From: Candidatus Bathyarchaeota archaeon | GTDB taxonomy: Archaea; Thermoproteota; Bathyarchaeia; Bathyarchaeales; DTEX01 | Length of the DNA stretch: 64,000 nucleotides | Direction: 5' to 3' | NCBI GenBank assembly: GCA_025059045.1 | Contig: JANXEA010000013.1 | Location: 33,896 to 97,895 of the forward strand | Shown: piece by piece, positions 57,051 through 64,000 of the stretch | How positions within the stretch are numbered: the first letter of the stretch is position 1 | Layout: each line of letters opens with the position of its first letter | Made by a program: the position numbers and the translations under genes | The notes under the pieces: generated by a model | Database searches by the model: none | What the model was told of the DNA's origin: nothing | The model's input: only the letters and a program-made list of their open reading frames with translations

Positions 57051-57661
57051 TTAATCTCTATTTAAGCGGAAGGAATGAGATTGCTATGAAAATAAAGCCT
57101 CCTCTGATTCTAGGTATACTTGGACCATTAGTAGCCTATATTTTTATATGGGTCTCGATTTCTTCATCTCCCTGGTTTAGCTGGTATAAGAATGCTCTTA
57201 GTGACTTGGGACATGCTGGAAGAAGCTCGTCCGCGCCCTTCTTTAATTTCGGTCTTGCCTTATCCGGATTTATTAATATAATTTACGCATGTACCGTGTT
57301 CAGGAGACACGCAAAATACACGAGCTACTGTCTAGCCTTCTCGGCATTTATGCTTCAACTGGTCTCCGTTTTCGACGAGATATACGGATTTATACACTTC
57401 ATCGTGTCAGTATGCTTCTTCATTTCCGCAGCCATATCCTGTCTTGTATACGCTGTTGAAAAGAGATCATTCTTCGCTCTTATCGCCTTCGTTATTGGTT
57501 TAAGTTCATGGGTGCTCTATTGGTTGGGCATTTATAAAGCTGGTGTGGCAGTTCCAGAAATTATCTCAGCGATTGCAGTCACCTCTTGCATTTTCTTGTC
57601 TGTTTGGAGGATTGGAACCGAAACGGATGCAGAGAATAAAGCTAACGTGACTGTAGCGTAA
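57047..57661 (+). CDS. DUF998-like integral membrane protein
   Basis: 204 aa with about 6 TM segments. The S.LG......FN.GL..SG pattern after TM1 resembles the DUF998 family as I recall it. Confidence 0.5.
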   Translation: MINLYLSGRNEIAMKIKPPLILGILGPLVAYIFIWVSISSSPWFSWYKNALSDLGHAGRSSSAPFFNFGLALSGFINIIYACTVFRRHAKYTSYCLAFSAFMLQLVSVFDEIYGFIHFIVSVCFFISAAISCLVYAVEKRSFFALIAFVIGLSSWVLYWLGIYKAGVAVPEIISAIAVTSCIFLSVWRIGTETDAENKANVTVA

Positions 57662-57807
57662 GACGGTTCAAAATAAATTCAGTTTTTCATGTTAATGCAA
57701 GTAGTGACATCGGTTAAGATTTGAGTTTTCAACAATTAAAAAAAAGATTTATGTTGAGAGGACAAGATTTCCGATGGGAAACTGCATACTCCCATAGAGG
57801 ATCATGT

Positions 57808-58122
57808 ATGAAGGTCGCTGTGAGATATTTTGGAAAGATCAGAGAGTTATTTAATATTAAGAGAGAAGAATATGAAGTTCCTGAAGGTATTTCAATTGCA
57901 GATTTAATTGTAAATGTAATTCCCGAAGCACACAAGGAAGTCGCTGAGGTCTGGAAGGGAACGATCTTCAGAACTTTTAAAGGTGAAATATTGAAGGACA
58001 AAAATGGGATGCCGATTCTTCAAGAATACCTAATCCTAGTGAATGGTCGATCATGCAGACTCGAACATAAACTTAATAATGGAGACGAAGTTGCTATTCT
58101 CCCACCCTTCGGCGGGGGATAA
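57808..58122 (+). CDS. moaD: MoaD/ThiS-family ubiquitin-like sulfur carrier (SAMP-like)
   Basis: Internal ATG of ORF 57721-58122: MKVAVRYFGKIRELF......VNG.......L..GDEVAILPPFGGG. Beta-grasp length with a C-terminal Gly-Gly-Gly. Confidence 0.7.
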   Translation: MKVAVRYFGKIRELFNIKREEYEVPEGISIADLIVNVIPEAHKEVAEVWKGTIFRTFKGEILKDKNGMPILQEYLILVNGRSCRLEHKLNNGDEVAILPPFGGG

Positions 58123-58139
58123 AAAATGAAAAGAAGGTT

Positions 58140-58592
58140 TTGGTGTCTCTTATGAGAGTTAAGGTGAGCGATAAACTTGACGAATTGATAGATCTAATAG
58201 GCAGCTTAAGGAGAACGTCTGAAGAAATAGGTGCAATAATGGTGTTTATAGGAATTGTTAGGGGATCAGCAAACGGAGAAAAAGTCAGACACCTTGAGTA
58301 TGAGGCACATGAGGAGTTGGCGGCTGAAGCGCTGCAAAGGATAATTGGGGATCTAAGAGAAAAGTATGGCATAATCGACGCAGTCCTAGAGCATAGAGTT
58401 GGTGTAGTAGGGGTTGGGGGAGACATTATGTATGCGATAGTGGCATCTAAACATCGGGAGGAAGGCTTTAAGGCATTAACTGAAATGGTTGAAAGAGTTA
58501 AACGTGAAGTACCAATATGGAAAAAAGAGGTAAGAGAAACAGGGCCTTGCTGGGTAGAGAATATTACCGAAGAGAGAGATTCATGCGTTTAA
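58140..58592 (+). CDS. moaE: Molybdopterin synthase catalytic subunit MoaE
   Basis: 150 aa. GA...F.G.VR......V..LEYEA.E..A...L..I.........I....HR.G...VG......V.S.HR...F.A....V...K...PIWKKE. Confidence 0.85.
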   Translation: MVSLMRVKVSDKLDELIDLIGSLRRTSEEIGAIMVFIGIVRGSANGEKVRHLEYEAHEELAAEALQRIIGDLREKYGIIDAVLEHRVGVVGVGGDIMYAIVASKHREEGFKALTEMVERVKREVPIWKKEVRETGPCWVENITEERDSCV

Positions 58593-60125
58593 CCTGCTTA
58601 GTTGATTAAAGATCTTCTCAATAGTTCTGTAAAGGCTTTTATACGTGCTGTACTTTGTCTCATAGAGTTTCTCTGCATCATCTTTCGGCGAGAAGCTCTG
58701 CTTTTCTTTGCATATTTTCGATGCAGCTTCCTCCACGCTTCTGTACGCCTTGACTCCAACACTCGCCAATATTGCTGCTCCTAAGGCAGCTGCCTCAGTC
58801 ACATTTGGAACGATCACATTTCTCTTAGTGACGTCTGCCTTCATCTGGAGCCAGAATGGTGATTTCGCACCCCCGCCGATGGTGCGCAGTTCCGTTATGG
58901 GGGTTCCATGAGATTCAATGGCCTCCACATTGCTACGTAGCTCGTAACATAGCCCCTCAAGTATAGCTCTGATGACCTCCTTTTTGCTGTGAGCCAATGT
59001 TAATCCGATAAATGCCCCACGAGCATTTCTGTTGAATGTCGGTGTTCCGCTACCCTCAAAATATGGGAACAAAAATAGATCTATGGAGCCTATCGGAGCG
59101 TTTGAAGCCATAGAAGTCAGTATATCATATGGATCCACACCAAGCCTTTTCGCCTCTTCCTTCTCCTTATCTGCGAAATTGTCTCTAAACCATCTTAAAA
59201 TGACTCCGCTTGTGGGATTGAAGCCGAACATGAAGAACTTGTCTTCAATGACATAGTGATGAACCGCGAATCCCTGCTGCCGCATCCTCCTTGTTAATCT
59301 CATGGACTTGAGGACAACGCCTATACATTCTACGGTTCCAGTAGCATCCATTGCAGGGCCCGTCGCAGTAATTCCGGCCCCTAGTGCACCGCATGGTTGA
59401 TCATGTCCTCCAGTGACGATTACGGTTTCCTTGGAGAGTCCAGTCTTCTTGGCGACTCCCTCATCAATTTCGCCTACTACATAACCTGATGGACGAATTT
59501 CTGGAAGACTGCTCTCTTCAAGTCCCGCAGCCTCAAGTATTTCGGACGACCACTTCTTCTTTTTAATGTCGAACATCATTGTCCGGGATGCCACTGAGTA
59601 ATCTGTCACGGTTTTCCCGCAGAATTTTAAGTTAAGATAGTCTTCCCAGCAGAGAAACATCCACGTCTTTCGGTATATTTCCTCCTCGTTCTCTCTGAGC
59701 CATTGTATTTTGGGAAGAGGGTAAATTGGCATTAAGGAAGTTAGGGGTTGACCGGTGATGGCGTAAACCTCGTCTTTGCCGAAGTTTTCCTCCAGCCAGC
59801 GAGTCTGTCTTACCGCCCGAGCGTCGAAAGTGGTCATACTCCAATATAATGGGTTGCCATTCCTGTCAACTGGTATGAATGCGTCGCCAAGAACGCTGGT
59901 TCCTACTGCTGCAATATGCTTAGGATCTATCTTTCCATTAATGATGCTGGATCTTATTACAGAGATTATGGTTGTCCATACCTCTTCTGGATTTAGCTCA
60001 GACCAGTCTGGTCTGCGATGATAGAGTTTGTATTCTCCGTATGCCGACGAAATTATTTGCCCGTCAACATCAAAGATGACTGACTTACATCCAGTCGTAC
60101 CGACGTCTAAACCGAGTATGTACAT
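58581..60125 (-). CDS. FGGY-family carbohydrate kinase (rhamnulokinase/xylulokinase-like)
   Basis: YILGLDVGTTGCKSVIFD (phosphate-1 loop), TGGHDQPCGALGAG and IGGGAKSPFWLQMKADV. The internal ATG at 60125 fits the family N-terminus; the ORF reaches 60161. Confidence 0.8.
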   Translation of the reverse strand: MYILGLDVGTTGCKSVIFDVDGQIISSAYGEYKLYHRRPDWSELNPEEVWTTIISVIRSSIINGKIDPKHIAAVGTSVLGDAFIPVDRNGNPLYWSMTTFDARAVRQTRWLEENFGKDEVYAITGQPLTSLMPIYPLPKIQWLRENEEEIYRKTWMFLCWEDYLNLKFCGKTVTDYSVASRTMMFDIKKKKWSSEILEAAGLEESSLPEIRPSGYVVGEIDEGVAKKTGLSKETVIVTGGHDQPCGALGAGITATGPAMDATGTVECIGVVLKSMRLTRRMRQQGFAVHHYVIEDKFFMFGFNPTSGVILRWFRDNFADKEKEEAKRLGVDPYDILTSMASNAPIGSIDLFLFPYFEGSGTPTFNRNARGAFIGLTLAHSKKEVIRAILEGLCYELRSNVEAIESHGTPITELRTIGGGAKSPFWLQMKADVTKRNVIVPNVTEAAALGAAILASVGVKAYRSVEEAASKICKEKQSFSPKDDAEKLYETKYSTYKSLYRTIEKIFNQLSRLNA

Positions 60126-60160
60126 GATGGACACCAAACTTATAGTGTGATGTTTCATCA

Positions 60161-61435
60161 CTAATTTTTTGCAGGCGCCCTTTCAGACTCGATCTTCTCC
60201 TGATAGCCGGATTCTATATAGGCTTCGATAGGATCTAAGGGTAAACCTTTCTCGAGTCTAGCCATTCCAATGATCGGTCTCACATCAGTGAGAAAAGCGT
60301 CTAGGAGAACCCTAGTGGAAAGTATTATCTCATTCTTTTTTTGGTATTTCTCAAGAGTTTCACGATCAACCGTTAATGCTTTGCAGTATGATATCATAAG
60401 GGAGTCAACAGAGTGAAGAACGGCATGCATCCTGTTCTCAAGCGCTGAGCATTGATCAATCACGTATGTCCAGTCTTTACCCTTATCTCTGTTACCGATA
60501 ACACCGCCGCTAACTAATTCATGAAAAATTCTGAATAGCTGAATGTTTGGTTCAACAGCATGATCGTCGTCAGCAGCATATCTAGTGTTGAAATGCATTC
60601 CTCCCAACATCTCCTTGTCAATTAATCTTGCCACAATATGTTCTACATTGACTCCGTGAGGATGATGGCCTAAGTCAATGATTACCCCTGCTCTCTCGCC
60701 AAGATCCTCCGCTAGATCACAGGCAACGCCAAAATCTGAGATCACCGTATGATACGTGCCGGGCTCGAAAAGCTTATACTCGATCAACATCTTCACGGAA
60801 GTAGGCATCATTTCGTAAACTTTTTTTAATGATTCTCTAAGGTTTTTTTGTGCAGTGCGCATGTTTACTTGTCCGGGATAAAGAGAGCCGTCTGGAAACC
60901 ATAATGTTAGAACGTTATTCGCGTATCTTGCAGCTATCTCCGCGGCTGTAAGACTGTGGTTAATTAGTCTAATCCTGACCCTTTCGTCATTATTTGATAG
61001 GCTGCCAAAATGTGTACCTTCAAGAAAGTATGTTGGGCTCACCGTTCCTATCTCGAGGCCAATCTTGTTGGCATATCTCTTCAGCTCCTTAAAAGATTCA
61101 GGACTTATCTCATCAAATGGAGATTGAGTCGGATCGTCCCAGCCTACGTGAATACTAACTCTGGGTGTGGCACCTGTTAACTTATGAATGAAGGCTGCAT
61201 CGTCGAATTTCTCATATATGTTTCTTGCAGCGCCAGGCGGAATGTACCCGCTGAATCTTCCACCACCAAAGGGTCCAAAGACCCATGAAGGAACCTCAAC
61301 TGTGAAGTCAGAAACTTTTCTCTTCACCTCATCTATGTCAATGTTCCTCTTTGTCAGCTCCTTTTCCAAGCTGCTATACTTAGTAGATATCTCTTTCTCG
61401 ATGTTTTTGAAACTCTTCATCATCAACTTCACCAT
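60161..61435 (-). CDS. L-rhamnose isomerase family protein (xylose-isomerase-like TIM barrel, Pseudomonas/actinobacterial type)
   Basis: 424 aa. VEVPSWVFGPFGGGRFSGY, IIDLGHHPHGVNVEHIVARLI....LGGMHFN.RYAADDD and VIDQC resemble my recollection of the Pseudomonas stutzeri-type L-rhamnose isomerase. Confidence 0.7.
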   Translation of the reverse strand: MVKLMMKSFKNIEKEISTKYSSLEKELTKRNIDIDEVKRKVSDFTVEVPSWVFGPFGGGRFSGYIPPGAARNIYEKFDDAAFIHKLTGATPRVSIHVGWDDPTQSPFDEISPESFKELKRYANKIGLEIGTVSPTYFLEGTHFGSLSNNDERVRIRLINHSLTAAEIAARYANNVLTLWFPDGSLYPGQVNMRTAQKNLRESLKKVYEMMPTSVKMLIEYKLFEPGTYHTVISDFGVACDLAEDLGERAGVIIDLGHHPHGVNVEHIVARLIDKEMLGGMHFNTRYAADDDHAVEPNIQLFRIFHELVSGGVIGNRDKGKDWTYVIDQCSALENRMHAVLHSVDSLMISYCKALTVDRETLEKYQKKNEIILSTRVLLDAFLTDVRPIIGMARLEKGLPLDPIEAYIESGYQEKIESERAPAKN

Positions 61436-61537
61436 CCGGGAAAAATGTGATATTTCTTATTAATATCGGTTAAGATAAATCTTAATTGCCGGATTTTTTA
61501 TCCCAATATGTAGAATCGATGGGATAGTGACGGCTGA

Positions 61538-62218
61538 ATGAGTGGAGGGGAATCAGAAGAACTGAGGCTTATAAAAAAGATTGTGGAGGTCTCTAAGAGG
61601 CTTTATAATAGGGGGCTCGTCTCCGGTGCTGGTGGAAACGTTAGTGCGAGGCTTCCGGGTTCAAGTGAAGTCTTCGTCACGCCTAGCGGATTATGCAAAG
61701 GCTTCTTGAAGGCCTCTGACATCATTAAGGTTGATTTAGAAGGAAGGTTAATTGAGGGAAAACTTAAGCCAACATCGGAGACTCCGATGCATACTGAAAT
61801 TTATAAGGTTAGAAGCGACGTTAATGCGATAGTGCATGCGCATCCCCCAGTTTGTACAGGCTTTGCTTGTGCTGGAATTTCACTTAACGTTCCGGTTTTC
61901 CCGGATTCAATCGCTATGGTTGGGGACATTGGAATAGTTGAATACATTACGCCTACGACTGATGAATTAGCGAAGAAGGTTGCTGAATACTCGAAAAGTT
62001 ACGATGCTCTCCTACTTCTAAATCATGGAACAATAACCGTTGGTTCAAGTCTCGAGCAGGCTTATCAAAGAACCGAAATACTTGAAGATCATGCGAAAAT
62101 AGTATTGGTTTCAACCTTGCTTGGGGGACCCAAAGTCCTATCAGAAGAGGAGGTTCTGAAAATAAGGGGACTAAAAACAGAGAAATACCGTTTGGATGTT
62201 GTAGGTAGACAGAGATAA
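61538..62218 (+). CDS. Class II (zinc) aldolase/adducin-domain protein (rhamnulose-/fuculose-1-phosphate aldolase-like)
   Basis: 226 aa. GAGGNVSAR......VTPSG..K........V.L.G.......KP.SETPMH.EIY..R.DVNAIVHAHPP and LL.NHG..TVG.SLEQA. Confidence 0.8.
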   Translation: MSGGESEELRLIKKIVEVSKRLYNRGLVSGAGGNVSARLPGSSEVFVTPSGLCKGFLKASDIIKVDLEGRLIEGKLKPTSETPMHTEIYKVRSDVNAIVHAHPPVCTGFACAGISLNVPVFPDSIAMVGDIGIVEYITPTTDELAKKVAEYSKSYDALLLLNHGTITVGSSLEQAYQRTEILEDHAKIVLVSTLLGGPKVLSEEEVLKIRGLKTEKYRLDVVGRQR

Positions 62219-62301
62219 ATATTCACAACTGCCGTTAAGCCAATCCTGCTATGCTATGGATGATGGGCTTCAGTTTTAAATGTTTGGAGACCCGTATCTA
62301 A

Positions 62302-63048
62302 ATGGATCGTATTGAACAAAGTTTCGAACGTTACCAGAGGCAGATTCTAATCGATGGCTGGGGTGTAGAGGGGCAAAGAAAGCTTAGGGCTGCAACGGTA
62401 GCGGTTGTAGGTGTTGGAGGATTAGGCTGCACATCATCAATACAACTGGTTGTTACAGGTGTCGGAAAGCTAATACTGATAGACCATGATAAAGTAAGTT
62501 TAAGTGACCTGAACCGTCAGATCCTCTATTCGAGTCCTGATGTGGGAAAGTATAAGGTCGAGGTTGCAAGCGTCAAGCTTAGGCTCCTAAATCCCGACGT
62601 CCAAGTAGAAGCGTATGTCGAGAGTGTTGATGAAGAGAATGTATCCTTTCTATTGAAAGATGCGGAAGTTATTGTTGATGGGTTGGATAAATGGAAGACC
62701 AGATTTATAATAAATGACTATTGCTTAGAGAGGCGGGTTCCGTTTGTTCATGCAGGGGTTTCAGGCTTCTGCGGTCAAATCTCTACTATTTTACCTGGTA
62801 AGGGGCCTTGTCTCCGATGCATTTTTCCGCAAGAGCCTGCCGAGAAAGATGTGGTTCCCGTTTTAAGCGCAACGCCCGCACTACTGGCATCTCTCCAAGC
62901 AATGGAGGTGATCAAGCTTCTGCTGGGAATAGGCAAGCCTCTGATAGGTAAGCTACTTTTCATTGATGGGGAAGAGTCGTCCTTCGAGGTCATTGACGTA
63001 AAGATCAACCCTAATTGTCCGGTATGCGGAAAAATGGTTAATGAATAA
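62302..63048 (+). CDS. ThiF/MoeB/UbaA-type E1-like adenylyltransferase
   Basis: RYQRQIL....G.EGQ.KL..A.V.VVGVGGLGC......L...GVGKL.LIDHD.V.LSDLNRQ, with CLRC and CPVCG zinc motifs. Confidence 0.85.
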   Translation: MDRIEQSFERYQRQILIDGWGVEGQRKLRAATVAVVGVGGLGCTSSIQLVVTGVGKLILIDHDKVSLSDLNRQILYSSPDVGKYKVEVASVKLRLLNPDVQVEAYVESVDEENVSFLLKDAEVIVDGLDKWKTRFIINDYCLERRVPFVHAGVSGFCGQISTILPGKGPCLRCIFPQEPAEKDVVPVLSATPALLASLQAMEVIKLLLGIGKPLIGKLLFIDGEESSFEVIDVKINPNCPVCGKMVNE

Positions 63049-63097
63049 CATCTGAATACCTTAATCTTCTTTACAGATAGATCAACTTTTTGGCTGC

Positions 63098-64000
63098 CTA
63101 TTTTTGAAGGATGGGAATTCTCGTCATTGCTGACAATAGCCTTATAGGTGATTTCTTCTCTCTGAAGTCTCTTACCATAGCTGCTAAATCATAATTGTAT
63201 TCTGTCTCACATGTTTCGATAAGCTTCTTTACTCTTCTCATCCCATATGAGAAGATGAAGTTCAGCCCGGCTCGCTGTAGCGGGTTCTTTAAGCTAACTC
63301 TTGCCCAATCCCTTATGAGTTCAGGCGCCCAATCTAAATTATGTTTCCAACATTCTAAAAATAGTTCGGCATGCGTAGGCGTCATTCTTTCAAGCGAGAA
63401 GGATTCGGTCTCTTTTCTAAGCCTTCCAGCAGTAACTAGGAATAGGGGTACAATCAGGCTTTTGAAGGGCCGCAAATTCTTAATCAATTCTAGGGTGATT
63501 TCCGCATCTTTTTCTGTCTCTCCAGGAAGGCCGAACATTAATGTTGCACATGGAACCCAATTGTTGTCTGATAAAATTTCAAAAGCCTTGACGACGATTG
63601 AAGGCCACTCCTCAGGCTTGAATGGTCTGCATTTCCCCATCATGTGCCGCTTAATTAGATTCGGGCTTCCGGTCTCGATTCCAGTCTGACCGCTTAACCA
63701 GCGTTTTTCATTAACATTCAAGATACAAGAGATTTCTTCAACCAGATCTGGCGCGGCAGCAACGGATGCCAACGCGAAATGGCTAATCCCAACTCCTTTG
63801 ACACCCGGATGATTCTTCACTGACCTGAAAAGTTCAAGAACGGCTTCTCTATTGACATCGATGCCCCTCGCTCCATACCGTAACACATCTTCTGCATGTA
63901 GGAGAGGTTGTCTTCCAGCCCTCAGATTCACTTCGACTTCCCGTAGAATATGGGGGATTGGGAGACAACGGTGTCGCATCATCGTCGGCATGCAGAAGGC
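63098..64000 (-). CDS. Radical SAM superfamily protein; C-terminal part only, N-terminus beyond window
   Basis: The reading frame stays open to the window edge. GQTGIETGSPNLIKRHM.GK, MFGLPGETEKD and neighbouring sequence are typical of the distal barrel of B12-binding/radical SAM-type enzymes. The CxxxCxxC motif would lie outside the window. Confidence 0.65.
   Translation of the reverse strand, partial: AFCMPTMMRHRCLPIPHILREVEVNLRAGRQPLLHAEDVLRYGARGIDVNREAVLELFRSVKNHPGVKGVGISHFALASVAAAPDLVEEISCILNVNEKRWLSGQTGIETGSPNLIKRHMMGKCRPFKPEEWPSIVVKAFEILSDNNWVPCATLMFGLPGETEKDAEITLELIKNLRPFKSLIVPLFLVTAGRLRKETESFSLERMTPTHAELFLECWKHNLDWAPELIRDWARVSLKNPLQRAGLNFIFSYGMRRVKKLIETCETEYNYDLAAMVRDFREKKSPIRLLSAMTRIPILQK

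Overview
This is an archaeal chromosomal segment. It is almost fully coding, moderate in GC, and dominated by core information-processing genes. I found no rRNA, tRNA, CRISPR array or mobile element.

Gene content from left to right:
- a truncated PPP phosphatase
- a tetrahydromethanopterin C1 cluster (FrhB-like, mch, fwdC, fwdA)
- an orphan uS7, argF, leuS and alaS
- the secE-spt5-uL11-uL1-P0 cluster, with P1 inverted upstream
- dtdA and two stand-alone RAM-domain proteins
- the uS13-uS4-uS11-rpoD-eL18-uL13-uS9-rpoN-eno-uS2 cluster
- a MEMO-mvk-ipk-fni-GGPP synthase isoprenoid operon, then gltX
- KEOPS genes (kae1, bud32 and two Pcc1-family genes) and a RecJ/GAN-like gene
- rlmE, DNA ligase, FEN1 and pheST
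- eL24-eS28-L7Ae
- the classic proteasome/exosome superoperon, running through eIF6, prefoldin alpha and ftsY
- moaD and moaE, a bacterial-type rhamnose-like sugar cluster, a ThiF/UbaA E1, and a truncated radical SAM gene

The C1 genes, the split Kae1/Bud32 and the r-protein set suggest a TACK or Bathyarchaeia-like archaeon. That is inference only.

Observations most worth following up:
1. A roughly 230-nt, internally duplicated, highly structured RNA candidate at 38512-38741 that I cannot assign to any family.
2. A GC-rich structured RNA candidate at about 46081-46290 that contains an H/ACA-like guide hairpin.
3. Two conserved genes (uS4 and MEMO) whose conserved N-termini can only be reached from Shine-Dalgarno-preceded CUG codons.
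4. A P0 stalk protein that lacks the acidic C-terminal tail, with an inverted P1 gene.
5. A phosphorylative rhamnose-type cluster inserted between moaDE and the E1 gene.

All functional calls come from reading the translated ORFs and the raw sequence. No database search was run.
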